Sequence record: NC_020851.1
DNA length: 64,000 nucleotides
Reading direction: 5' to 3' (one strand)
Below are positions 38,513 to 48,297 of this stretch, in pieces (within the stretch, counting starts at the first letter, position 1; the number at the start of each line of letters is the position of its first letter). The notes under the pieces are model-generated. The model worked only from the letters and a program-made list of their open reading frames with translations, had not been told where the DNA came from and searched no databases. A program made the translations under genes and the position numbers.

Positions 38513-39868
38513 TCACATGAGGTTTTGAACCTTGACTCTTCTGTAGTAAGTGTTACTGTTGGTTTGGAGTCTTCCCAAACCTTCAGTGGTTCCTTCTGCG
38601 AAGGGGTTAGCAACCAAACCGTAACGGGTCTTGAATCCAATCTTAGGCTGGAAGGTGTTCTCTCCAACTGCACGAACCATCTGAAGAGGGACGTAAGGGC
38701 AATAGAACAGACCTGCGTCATAAGGTGAAGAACCTTTATAACCAGCAACGTAGTACTGAGCACCAGATGCGTTAGGGGAGTTTGCAGAATAAGGATCGAT
38801 ATAGACCTTATACTTACCAGCAAGTACACCTGCGAAGGTGTTACCAGTGTCATCAACATTCAGGTTTGCATTAAGTGCAGGGGTGTAATCAAGTACACCA
38901 GCCATTGTCAATGCGGAAGCAACGTCTGCGGAACACAGAATCATGTTGCCCTTTCCTCTACGAGTTTCTTGTGCGATTGCGTTTGCATCGCGCTCGATTT
39001 GGAAAATAAGACCTTTGAACTTCTCAACAGACCAACGACCGTTGGAGTCAACGTCTAAGTCGAAGGTGCCTTGAGTTGCAACATTCTGTTGAGCACCGGG
39101 TTTAGCAACCTGATAGATGGTTCTGATGACTTCTCTGTTGATTTCCGCAAGGATTTCAGTGGAGAGAATGTTGGCAAGTTCTGCCTCGGCATTCAAACCA
39201 TGAATAGCCTTGAGGTCTTGTGCCAGTTCCAGAGAATACTCTGCTTTCAGAGCACGGGACTTGGCAGTAACGGTGACTTTCTCAATCGAGAATGCCATCT
39301 CGTTGAAAGCTGCAGATGCGCTGCCTTCGAGACCTTCAGCACCGGCAGTCTCCATACCAGCGGATACATTATAAGTATCAGGGGGGGAACTGTTAAGAAG
39401 ACCAGGGTTGCTTCCACTCTGAGCAGCAGTAGTACCAACACCAACTGTACCAGCATAAGGAGTTTGTGGAAGGGTTCCTCCAACATTCTGACCAGAGAAT
39501 CTAGTATCTGCTTCGTCGAAGAGTGCTTCGGTTCCACTTTGATTCGTGTAACGTGAACGCATTGCGAAGATCAGTCCAGTAGGACCGTTCATCGGTTGAA
39601 CACCTGCGAGGTCATATGCGACCAGGTTAGGCATTGCGCGTCTGATCAATGAGATCAGAACGGGATCGAAGTTATCAATACCAGCTCCGGTGGAGTTGGT
39701 AGGTGCTTCAGAAAGGAATTCTCTTTCCTCTCTGATTGTTCTTTCTTGATTCTCCAGAAGAACTGCGGTAACCATTCTCTTATGAGCATCATTGATGCCT
39801 CCGAGACCCTCATGGTTGAGGATAGGTGCCCACTTCTCCTGAAGGTGTTCAGCATTGAAACCTTGCAT
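38513..39868 (-). CDS. gp23: Major capsid protein
   Basis: EKWAPIL, LIRRAMPNL, GVQPMNGPTGLIFAMRSRY, KSRALKAEYS, KIGFKTRYG. Confidence 0.98.
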   Translation of the reverse strand: MQGFNAEHLQEKWAPILNHEGLGGINDAHKRMVTAVLLENQERTIREEREFLSEAPTNSTGAGIDNFDPVLISLIRRAMPNLVAYDLAGVQPMNGPTGLIFAMRSRYTNQSGTEALFDEADTRFSGQNVGGTLPQTPYAGTVGVGTTAAQSGSNPGLLNSSPPDTYNVSAGMETAGAEGLEGSASAAFNEMAFSIEKVTVTAKSRALKAEYSLELAQDLKAIHGLNAEAELANILSTEILAEINREVIRTIYQVAKPGAQQNVATQGTFDLDVDSNGRWSVEKFKGLIFQIERDANAIAQETRRGKGNMILCSADVASALTMAGVLDYTPALNANLNVDDTGNTFAGVLAGKYKVYIDPYSANSPNASGAQYYVAGYKGSSPYDAGLFYCPYVPLQMVRAVGENTFQPKIGFKTRYGLVANPFAEGTTEGLGRLQTNSNTYYRRVKVQNLM

Positions 39869-39915
39869 TTGAATTTACCTTGTTAAAAATTTTAGTTTGA
39901 TTTATAATTAAAAAA

Positions 39916-41040
39916 TCACTTTTTAGAAACTCTAGTCAGAGTATCGAGATATGATTCCATTAAACCAGTTACTGGTTGTGCAATGGACTCTGAACTCTCA
40001 GAGATATTCTCTGAAGTGTCTCTTTGAGAACCGACAGTTTCTGAGAAATAAGAATTCTTCAGAGTTGTAAGTTTCTCTCTATAGTTCTCTTCACTATCAA
40101 ACTCAACATTTTCTGCAAGATCGGCTAATCTATCCCTTTGTGAAAGTGCAAGACCTTCGGAGACATCGGAGAGGATTGTTTCGGCAACCGACTCAGCTAA
40201 TCTTTGATTAAGAGCAATATTAGACTTAATTTGCTCGTTGAGTTTATATTCCATTTCATCTAATTTTTCTACCATTGCGGTAGTTACATCATATTTCTCT
40301 TCAGGGATGTTTACATAATGATCTTCAAAAAGACTTCTCATTCCAGTCAGGAATGATTCTGACATTTCTGCCTTGAGACCTTGCTCAACTGCGAGTTGAT
40401 TTTCAGTAATCCACTCTGAGGCAACATACTCAAGGTATGCATCAACTCTATCGGTGAGTTCTTCTTTAATAAGAGTAACTTCTTCTTCAAGAGTTGTTTC
40501 ATATTGTGCTTTCAGTTCTTCTTGAACTTCGGCAACTTTTGTCTTGATAGCAGCTTCGAAAATGGTACGTGCTTTCTCTTGGAATTCTTCGGAAAGTTCT
40601 TCACCCGCAAGCAATGCATTAACATCTTCTTCGATGTCATATTCTGCTTCGATGACTTCTTCTTCAGATACAACTTCTTCTTCAGAAGTCTCTTCCTCAG
40701 AAACTACATCTTCGGCAGATGCAGTGGTCTCTTCCTCTTCGACGACTTCTCCTTCAACTTCCTCTTCTTCCTTCATACCTTTAGGCATGGGTTCGGCAGG
40801 TTTTGCACCTCTATTCACAATGTCTTTGACAGTTGCGATTTTGGGTTCTGCGAGTTTAGCAGAGTTGTCGTCTACTTTATAGTTTTCTGGAGTCGGACCA
40901 CCGAGATCTTCCCAATTGCCAGTTTGGCCTGGTGCTAAAACACCGGAAGCATTGCTCCCTGCCTTTGACATTGGTTCAGATGCAGCAGCTCCTTTAGTTA
41001 CTACGTTTTCCATTTCTTGTAAATTGCTACCAACGGACAT
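39916..41040 (-). CDS. gp22: Prohead core scaffold protein
   Basis: Acidic coiled coil; LSEEFQEKARTIFEAA; position between gp21 and gp23. Confidence 0.93.
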   Translation of the reverse strand: MSVGSNLQEMENVVTKGAAASEPMSKAGSNASGVLAPGQTGNWEDLGGPTPENYKVDDNSAKLAEPKIATVKDIVNRGAKPAEPMPKGMKEEEEVEGEVVEEEETTASAEDVVSEEETSEEEVVSEEEVIEAEYDIEEDVNALLAGEELSEEFQEKARTIFEAAIKTKVAEVQEELKAQYETTLEEEVTLIKEELTDRVDAYLEYVASEWITENQLAVEQGLKAEMSESFLTGMRSLFEDHYVNIPEEKYDVTTAMVEKLDEMEYKLNEQIKSNIALNQRLAESVAETILSDVSEGLALSQRDRLADLAENVEFDSEENYREKLTTLKNSYFSETVGSQRDTSENISESSESIAQPVTGLMESYLDTLTRVSKK

Positions 41041-41073
41041 TTGATTTTATTAGATTTTTTATACTAATATATT

Positions 41074-41081
41074 TATTTATA
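41074..41081 (-). promoter_or_regulatory. T4-type late promoter TATAAATA
   Basis: Exact match upstream of gp22. Confidence 0.8.
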
Positions 41082-41083
41082 AT

Positions 41084-41737
41084 TTAAAGATTTGATAAGA
41101 ATTCGTTGAACAAGTTTAACTTATGTTCATCGAGAATTCTTTGATCAACAAGAGTATTAATTCTCTTCTGAGTTTTTTCTGCGAGTTGTTCACGAAGAAT
41201 TCCTCCTTCCCAAATCCACTCTTTTCCTTCCATAATTCCTGATACAAATGCATCAGGTGCAGAAGGATCGGCAACGATATCAGCAGCAGTTGCTAACATG
41301 AAATCTTCACCAACAACTTTGCATCCACCACGATCTTCTTTTAATGAACCAACACCACGAGAAGAAACTCCAAGCATGACACCTTCATCTAAAAGTGAAG
41401 ATGCAATTTTGCCCATAGGAGTATTGAGGATTTGTGCCTTACCTCTAAAATTACTACCCTCTTGAGTGAGTGAAGTAATCTTATGAGAAACACGGTCAAG
41501 ATTTACGGTAGGACCATCAGGATGACCAAGTTCTCCAAGAGCACGTCCCTTATTAACAAAAGTTTCACAATAACGATTTACTTCACGGGAAAGAGTATCC
41601 ATAGGATACATTCTTCCATTACGATTTTTAAGGTCTCCTTGTAAGAAAACTCCCTCAATGTATAGTTTTTGAGGTTCTCCTCTCTTACCTTCCTTAATAA
41701 TCTTTACGTTTGAAATTTCTTCTGTGATGAGTTTCAT
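41084..41737 (-). CDS. gp21: Prohead protease
   Basis: NRNGRMYP, ALGELGHP, GVSSRGVGS, DIVADPSAPDAF. Confidence 0.97.
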   Translation of the reverse strand: MKLITEEISNVKIIKEGKRGEPQKLYIEGVFLQGDLKNRNGRMYPMDTLSREVNRYCETFVNKGRALGELGHPDGPTVNLDRVSHKITSLTQEGSNFRGKAQILNTPMGKIASSLLDEGVMLGVSSRGVGSLKEDRGGCKVVGEDFMLATAADIVADPSAPDAFVSGIMEGKEWIWEGGILREQLAEKTQKRINTLVDQRILDEHKLNLFNEFLSNL

Positions 41738-41783
41738 TTTATCTATACTTTTTAATAATTATTTAGTTATGCGTATATTATAT

Positions 41784-42845
41784 TTATGGATTGTGAGCAA
41801 CAGTCCAACCTTTTGAGATTAAGTTTGCGTAAGCAGTGTTAGCGGCAGCACTCCAGGTTGTCTTGGCAGCACTTGTTCCACCAGATATAGAAGTGTTGAT
41901 ATTTGACTTTCCAGCAGTATCTAAAGCAACCAAAATATTTTCAATAGATTGTACTGATAAGGCACAATTTAACCAAGTATTAAAGCAATAAAGAACATTG
42001 GAATAATCAAGCACTGGGAATGTAGTGAGTGAAGTACAACCACTCCAAGCATTAGACATGTTTGTTACTGAAGAAGTATCAATCACTGGGAATGAAGTAA
42101 TTGAAGAACAATCATTCCAAGTGTAGGTTAATGTTGCTACCGAAGAAGTGTCAATCAATGGGAAACTTGTAAGGTTGGTACATCCCTTCCAAGTGTATTG
42201 GAAATTTATTCCTGAAGAAGTATCAATCAATGGGAAACTTGTAAGGTTGGTACAGTTCCACCAAGTACCTTGGAAATATGTTACTGAAGAAGTATCGAGC
42301 AATGGGAATGAAGTAAGTGAAGAACAACCGAACCAAGCAAAGGAAGCGAGTGATACCGAAGAAGTGTCAATCAATGGGAAACTTGGAAGGCTACTGCAAT
42401 TTTGCCAGGTGCGTCGTATATCTGTAATATTACTTGTCACATCAAACGGACATACAAATGAAGTCATGTTATTTGCACCCCACCAAGCATTTTGAATATC
42501 AATCCCCAAATTAGCATCAGCACCAATAGTAACAGAAGTAATCTGTTCTGAGTCACTGGAAATATTTGCAAAATATGGGTGATAAGCATCATCACTATCA
42601 ATAGTAATAGTGTAATCACCAGCAGTATAAGTATGAGTTAATGCGTTGGATGTGCTGCTTTCAGAATTACCATCACCCCAATTAACAGTATAATTGACCG
42701 TGCCATTAGACCTAAGAACAAAATCACCACCAGTATTTGTGATGGTATAGTTAATATCTTGTAGTTCGGGTACAGTATTGGTGATGTTTCTACTAAACTT
42801 TTCTGACCAAGTATAAAATCCTAATCCCAAAAAAGGATGAGTCAT
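41784..42845 (-). CDS. PKD-like domain + BspA/DUF285-like leucine-rich-repeat protein
   Basis: VNWGDG...THTY PKD motif followed by about 7-8 repeats of DTSSV-x6-W-x2-C-x2-LTSFP-x-I. Confidence 0.8.
   Translation of the reverse strand: MTHPFLGLGFYTWSEKFSRNITNTVPELQDINYTITNTGGDFVLRSNGTVNYTVNWGDGNSESSTSNALTHTYTAGDYTITIDSDDAYHPYFANISSDSEQITSVTIGADANLGIDIQNAWWGANNMTSFVCPFDVTSNITDIRRTWQNCSSLPSFPLIDTSSVSLASFAWFGCSSLTSFPLLDTSSVTYFQGTWWNCTNLTSFPLIDTSSGINFQYTWKGCTNLTSFPLIDTSSVATLTYTWNDCSSITSFPVIDTSSVTNMSNAWSGCTSLTTFPVLDYSNVLYCFNTWLNCALSVQSIENILVALDTAGKSNINTSISGGTSAAKTTWSAAANTAYANLISKGWTVAHNP
41990..42430. repeat. 72-bp-period coding tandem repeat (24-aa LRR units)
   Basis: gaagaagt[a/g]tc recurs at 42070, 42142, 42214, 42286, 42358. 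Confidence 0.92.
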
Positions 42846-42847
42846 GA

Positions 42848-43051
42848 TTATCCCTCCTCTAGATTAGGTTCTTCTGGTTCTACATAACCGAGTTCTTTTG
42901 CTCTTGCTAAACCAGATGCCTCATCATCAAACTCTTCACAGTTTGGTTGTCCTGTAGACATCGCACTGCCAACAGGCAAATGCATAAAATGAACTACTTC
43001 TGGTCCGTGACATACGAACCACTTATCAGTATCAAATGGTCCCATTATCAA
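42848..43051 (-). CDS. Small hypothetical protein
   Basis: 67-aa ORF, coupled. Confidence 0.65.
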   Translation of the reverse strand: MIMGPFDTDKWFVCHGPEVVHFMHLPVGSAMSTGQPNCEEFDDEASGLARAKELGYVEPEEPNLEEG

Positions 43052-43326
43052 GCACCTTCATATACAATCTTAGAAGTACTTGTGAGTGCTTTTGCATAAA
43101 CATATGCAGCACCAGCGTCATGTGATAAATCAGTAACTGTCTTTTTCATCTCTCCTTCAAATCTATTATAAATCATTCCTTCAGTAGATGTTGCTATTCC
43201 AGCACTAGTTGTTGCAATACCAATCACCACGGGAGTACTACTCTGACACTGAAAAGTTATAGTAGTAACATTATTTCCAATAAGAACATATGAACTTGGT
43301 GTAAGTTCTGTGGATGCTAGTGCCAT
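43048..43326 (-). CDS. Small Thr-rich hypothetical protein (possible structural)
   Basis: 92-aa ORF, coupled. Confidence 0.65.
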   Translation of the reverse strand: MALASTELTPSSYVLIGNNVTTITFQCQSSTPVVIGIATTSAGIATSTEGMIYNRFEGEMKKTVTDLSHDAGAAYVYAKALTSTSKIVYEGA

Positions 43327-43493
43327 TATTCTTGATCCTCTGATTGTGATTCATCGCCAAACATGGACGCACCAACTACTGGTCGAACATTATCAATATG
43401 TCCTGCTGCTTTTGCATACAAGATATCTTTGATTTTGTCACTAATATCAGATGCCGATGAATCGGATCCAATTAAATTTACAATTTCTTCCAT
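43326..43493 (-). CDS. Small acidic protein after the portal (possible prohead core, gp67-like position)
   Basis: Read by hand: MEEIVNLIGSDSSASDISDKIKDILYAKAAGHIDNVRP...; TATAAATA at 43519-43526 upstream. Confidence 0.7.
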   Translation of the reverse strand: MEEIVNLIGSDSSASDISDKIKDILYAKAAGHIDNVRPVVGASMFGDESQSEDQE

Positions 43494-43521
43494 GAAATTT
43501 TAATATATCTATATTTTATAT

Positions 43522-45177
43522 TTATATCTCGGCAGCTTTGCCGTCTACTTCAGTCATTCCACCATCTACTTCAGGTTCCATCGGAACATCACCCATCATT
43601 CCCTGCTCACCTCCTTGTGGTAATGGTTCTCCAGTTATAGGATCAATAGCACTCGGATCGGGAATAATACCATCTTTGATTTCTTGTTCAATCTGCTCAT
43701 CCATTTCAATCATTTCTCCATCAGTCTGACGAAGAACTTTACTACGAACCCACTTCTGGGAATAATACTTACCGATATATGGTTCAATAGTTGCGAGAAC
43801 ACCAAGTCTCTCATTCAACATTTCGGTTTCTTTCAGTTCCGCAAACTGATTATCATATAAGAAATCATATTGGATATGATCACTAATTCTATCCCAGTCT
43901 TCTACGGAAACAATATTCTTAAGGATTAACTGTGTCTTCAACATATCATTGAACATCTGAGCAAATCTCTTTCTCAGACGACCAACAAACTTGGCAAATT
44001 TAAGTTCATCTCTTAAGATTTCAGAAGAACGACCAAGATTAAAACCACCATCAGCAGCAATTCTTGATTCTGGAACTCCAAGTGCTCTATAAAGTTTCTT
44101 TTGAAAATACTCAATATCAGCAAGTTCTCCTAAGTTTTGACCACCAGGAAGAGTTGTGATTTCTGTGCCACGACCACCTTCTCTACGAGGAAGCCAGAAG
44201 TCTTCCATCATACTCATAAATTTACGATCATCACGGATTTCTCCGGTGTTCGCATCATAAACTTGCTTGTTACGATAACGATTCATAACATCACGAAGAT
44301 ATTGTTCTGCCTTTACTTTAGGGAGATTACCAACATCAATATAAAAAATACGACGTTCTGGTGCTCTTGATAATCTATAGATAACCAAAGAATCCTCAAT
44401 CATTCTAAGTTGATTGAGTGCCTTAATTGCTTTATGTAGATAAGAAAGAACATTTCCTTTGTTCCTATCTACAAGACCTGAAGTGCAGTATGTGATTGCA
44501 TCTTTTGCAATCTTAGTTCCTTTATTTCCACCACCACCAGTTAAGTTTCCGGTTGGATAGTTTGGTTTTGGTGTATAAACGAAATACTCTTCAATCTCAG
44601 GAGCAATACCATTTTTTGATTCATCACGACCAGCAATATTTGGTCCAATAACATTCTTATCTTTTTTCTTTTCTTGGCGGACAAACCGCATCTTCATTGG
44701 ATCAATATACCTCAGTTCTTTAATTCCTTCCTGAGGTTTCTTGAGATCAATTACTTTATGGTAATAAAGTCTTCCATCAACATACCAATTTCTAAAGATT
44801 TCGTGTGACTTCTTATCAAAATCTAAAATTTCTTTAATATACTTAAATTCTTGTCTGATTGCTTTCTTTAAATTATCCGTAGCATTTAAATTGGACAATT
44901 CAATTTCAATTGGAGAATCATAAAGATCACTCACAATTGCTTCATTTACAACATCTTCGATGGCACCATCCGCTTCTGGATGAAGTGACATCTCTCTATA
45001 TCTTTTTATTAAATCAAATTCTGTTCTATATTGACCTTCAATATCTACAAAAGAACCATAAAATCCACTACTAATATAGTTATCAACCCCATCCTCGTTA
45101 TTCACGGGGACAGGGGAAACTACAGATTTGGATTTCTTTTCTGCATCATCAATAGAAAAACCAAAAAGTTTTGCCAT
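43522..45177 (-). CDS. gp20: Portal vertex protein
   Basis: MAKLFGF, RNWYVDGR, NQLRMIEDSLVIYRLSRAPERRIFYIDVGNLP, EDFWLPRREGGRGTEI. Confidence 0.98.
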   Translation of the reverse strand: MAKLFGFSIDDAEKKSKSVVSPVPVNNEDGVDNYISSGFYGSFVDIEGQYRTEFDLIKRYREMSLHPEADGAIEDVVNEAIVSDLYDSPIEIELSNLNATDNLKKAIRQEFKYIKEILDFDKKSHEIFRNWYVDGRLYYHKVIDLKKPQEGIKELRYIDPMKMRFVRQEKKKDKNVIGPNIAGRDESKNGIAPEIEEYFVYTPKPNYPTGNLTGGGGNKGTKIAKDAITYCTSGLVDRNKGNVLSYLHKAIKALNQLRMIEDSLVIYRLSRAPERRIFYIDVGNLPKVKAEQYLRDVMNRYRNKQVYDANTGEIRDDRKFMSMMEDFWLPRREGGRGTEITTLPGGQNLGELADIEYFQKKLYRALGVPESRIAADGGFNLGRSSEILRDELKFAKFVGRLRKRFAQMFNDMLKTQLILKNIVSVEDWDRISDHIQYDFLYDNQFAELKETEMLNERLGVLATIEPYIGKYYSQKWVRSKVLRQTDGEMIEMDEQIEQEIKDGIIPDPSAIDPITGEPLPQGGEQGMMGDVPMEPEVDGGMTEVDGKAAEI

Positions 45178-45210
45178 ATTATAAACTAACTTAGACTACT
45201 ATTTTATTAT

Positions 45211-45807
45211 TTAGGAGATATCTTCACCACCTGCTGATGGTCCATTACCTTTATATGCTTCCCAATAGTGGACTTGCATTTCCACGGTAAACTCCTGAAT
45301 AGTATCAGTCGTCTCATAACTTAAATCAATTGTTGAGATGTTAGTTGGGAAAACATCCTTAAAAACATATTTTCTAAGAACTGTTCCGGTACGATCTAAT
45401 TGATTTACTTTAGCATCCACTTGATAAAGTGCGGGATCTGTTTCACCAGTTCCGTTGTCCAATTTATTAATATAGTTCATCCACTTCTCAAATGCAGATC
45501 TGATATTGAATGAAGTATCATTCATTACAGTGATAGTCCATGTTTCGAATGTTCTATCACCTGCAATTTTCAGGATTCTTCCTCTAAAAGGAATATCAAT
45601 TGGTGCTACTGTTGAAGAAGGTAGTGCTGCTGCTTTTACTAAAAATCTAGCATTATCAAGAACTTCGTTTTCATCTTGAACACCAACACCCGAAGGGAAA
45701 GTTAATTCCACTTCGAATAGATTGGGTCTTGCACCACCACCTTTTAATTTACTTTTAAAATCACTAATAGTTCTTAGTGGTAAAGTATTTACTTGTTGAC
45801 GAGCCAT
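45211..45807 (-). CDS. gp19: Tail tube protein
   Basis: GGARPNLFEV, PFRGRILKIAGDRTFETW, FP..IS.IDL. Confidence 0.95.
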   Translation of the reverse strand: MARQQVNTLPLRTISDFKSKLKGGGARPNLFEVELTFPSGVGVQDENEVLDNARFLVKAAALPSSTVAPIDIPFRGRILKIAGDRTFETWTITVMNDTSFNIRSAFEKWMNYINKLDNGTGETDPALYQVDAKVNQLDRTGTVLRKYVFKDVFPTNISTIDLSYETTDTIQEFTVEMQVHYWEAYKGNGPSAGGEDIS

Positions 45808-45826
45808 TGTTTCTTAAACCTCTAGA

Positions 45827-47995
45827 TTAAACGTTACCGATTACTTCATCAAATGAAACACCAGTTCTGGTGGCAACAAACGTAAGACCGATGAAGTTGA
45901 TTGATCTTGCGGGTTTGATAAAGATGTCTGCTACAAACTCATTATTATCTATAATAGCAGCAGTGTTATTTGTCTCATCACAAATAACTACAAAGTCAAA
46001 GATTCCTCTCTTTGCCTGGACATCACGAAGGAATGGTTCGACAATGTTCACAAAGTTAGTTCTTGTGATTTCATCATTAAACTCAAAGAGTTGATCTCTT
46101 GCCGCAGCAGAGATTGCGTCCTCAAGATAGATAAACAATCTACGAACGTTAATACGATCAAATGCCGACGACTTACCAAATCCAGTCTTATCCCCAAAGA
46201 GAACAATACCGGCACCAGGTGAGAAGATTACTGGATTGACTCTATTCGAATACAATCTATCTCTCTGTGCTTTAGATGGAGTATATGCAAGTTTAACTGC
46301 ATTTAGAATTCCACCACGATTTGTTCCTGCTGGTGAGAACCATGGGAAGTTGTTTGCATCATTTCTGGCACAAAGTCCGGCAATGTCTCCGTTTAGTGGA
46401 ACATATCTGAAGGTATTTGCAAACCTATCAAACATATACTTGTAACCACTATCAAAGATTCCATAAGTTGTTGAAGTGATGGGAGAATAGAAACTAATTA
46501 CATTTTCAGTAATTGTCTCATCTGAATTGATGTTTACTGCCCTATCATCACTAGTATCAGTAATTGCAGCACCTCTATATGGTGAGATGAATGCAACTGC
46601 ATCCTTTCTTGTTTCAGCAACTGCAATACACTTATTCGCAAGTGCCTGTGCTTCTTCTTTACCATATCCGGCAGATCCCATAAGAATGAAATCTACATTA
46701 TACTTTTCAGTATTCTCAAACAATCCGTAACCAGTAACCAATCCATCTAAACCAGAACTTAATGCACCATCATTTTCTATGTTGCCTGCTCCATCATAAT
46801 TCCAACCACCACCTAATGTGTTGTTAGAATTACCAGTTGCAGCAAAGGTAATACCTTCAGCATTTTGATCCCAAGATACATCAGTCTCAGGATCGAATCC
46901 AGTTCCACCACTAACAAATCCAGTTGTTACAATACCTGCTGGTGCCGAACCTGCAAAAATGTTAGGTGAACCATTTGCAATATACTTTCTCCAGTATGAA
47001 GGAGATCCGAGAGAGAATTCAGCATCTTTTGCTTTTGATAGTGATAGATGCTTCTCAAGAACTGTTCCAGAGTTTCCAGTGATATCTCCATCACCATCAA
47101 CTACGACAACATGAACTTCATCAAATCTAGAACCTCTTGCTGCTGCATACTCGGAAGTTCCTGGACGATCTGCAAGTTGATTCCACTTAACAGTCGATGA
47201 AGAAGTTAAAGTAAGTGATTGTTGATCGAACCAATCTGCCTGTGCAGTAAGAGAAGTAGTCGCGTATGATGCTGCTTGTCCACTAGTATGAATTGCTACA
47301 CTTCCACTTCCAGAGAATGCATAAACACCGGATGGTTGGTAATCAACTTCAGTTACAGTTCCTGCTGCAGAGACATGCTCAAGAACTTTTACATAAGCAT
47401 CTACACCAGCAACCTGAGTGACGATACCTTTTAAATATCCATCAAGAACTGAAGTAGTTCCTGCTCCTGGAAGTGTTGAAGAAATTGCTTGAGTAACTCC
47501 CATTCCAACAGCAAATCCTGCAGGTGCTGCAGAAAGTGTAAGAATTTGATCTGCCTTGGAATCAATAATACCAACTCTTAAACCATTTGCCCAAGAACCG
47601 GGATTTCTGGCGGCAACAACTACATTAGTAATAGGATTTTCATCATATCCTAGTTCTTCGTAGTGCTCAAGACTTTTTATTTTGATGCTTGCGGCAGTAC
47701 CAACAAACCCGTTCTGAAGACCAGTATCATCTGCTCTTACAACACTAAGTGAACCACCATATGCCAGATAAGAAGAAGCAACTAACCAGTGCTCATAGTG
47801 CTTATCTGTACCGTATGGTTTTCCGAAGACATCTAATAAGTCTTTCTCGCTTCCGATTACTGTAGGAAGATCGACAGGACCTTGTGCAAAAGGTGCGACA
47901 ATCGCACCGATGCCACCGGAGGTTGGATCAACCCTACCGACAGTTAAGTCTACTTCTCTTACTACAATACCAGGAGATGCTAAATTTAGTGGCAT
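45827..47995 (-). CDS. gp18: Tail sheath protein
   Basis: SPGIVVREVDLT, WFSPAG.NRG, SAFDRINVRRLF. Confidence 0.97.
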   Translation of the reverse strand: MPLNLASPGIVVREVDLTVGRVDPTSGGIGAIVAPFAQGPVDLPTVIGSEKDLLDVFGKPYGTDKHYEHWLVASSYLAYGGSLSVVRADDTGLQNGFVGTAASIKIKSLEHYEELGYDENPITNVVVAARNPGSWANGLRVGIIDSKADQILTLSAAPAGFAVGMGVTQAISSTLPGAGTTSVLDGYLKGIVTQVAGVDAYVKVLEHVSAAGTVTEVDYQPSGVYAFSGSGSVAIHTSGQAASYATTSLTAQADWFDQQSLTLTSSSTVKWNQLADRPGTSEYAAARGSRFDEVHVVVVDGDGDITGNSGTVLEKHLSLSKAKDAEFSLGSPSYWRKYIANGSPNIFAGSAPAGIVTTGFVSGGTGFDPETDVSWDQNAEGITFAATGNSNNTLGGGWNYDGAGNIENDGALSSGLDGLVTGYGLFENTEKYNVDFILMGSAGYGKEEAQALANKCIAVAETRKDAVAFISPYRGAAITDTSDDRAVNINSDETITENVISFYSPITSTTYGIFDSGYKYMFDRFANTFRYVPLNGDIAGLCARNDANNFPWFSPAGTNRGGILNAVKLAYTPSKAQRDRLYSNRVNPVIFSPGAGIVLFGDKTGFGKSSAFDRINVRRLFIYLEDAISAAARDQLFEFNDEITRTNFVNIVEPFLRDVQAKRGIFDFVVICDETNNTAAIIDNNEFVADIFIKPARSINFIGLTFVATRTGVSFDEVIGNV

Positions 47996-48076
47996 CTTGT
48001 TTTTTCCTCGCATCCAATTTACCTAAAAATATTTAGGAAAAGGGGCATTTCTAGTGGGGAAACGATGCGTGAATAC

Positions 48077-48297
48077 TTACCAATCAGGATATTCCCACAA
48101 CAAAGTGCTCTTTCTGCCTCTACTCACTCTCTTAACCGTACATTCTTTACATTCATATGAATATGCCGATGGTAGTGTTTTTCTACCTTTTCGAGTTAAA
48201 TAGAAATCATCCATTAAACTTTTAACCACCCCACAAACTCTACATTTACGATCAAAAATAATAAATGTTCTAATTCTATTTCGTCATCAATAGACAC
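48077..48297 (-). CDS. Small zinc-finger protein (CRVC...CKEC); homopolymer frameshift at 48254-48258
   Basis: Adding one T gives ...LLFFDRKCRVCGVVKSLMDDFY...YECKECTVKR...EYPDW-stop. Confidence 0.7.

Noticed and set aside
41990-42430. 72-bp periodic repeat as a CRISPR array or DGR template
   Set aside because: The repeats are in-frame coding units with synonymous variation and no unique spacers; no cas or reverse transcriptase gene is in the window and the variation is not adenine-specific.
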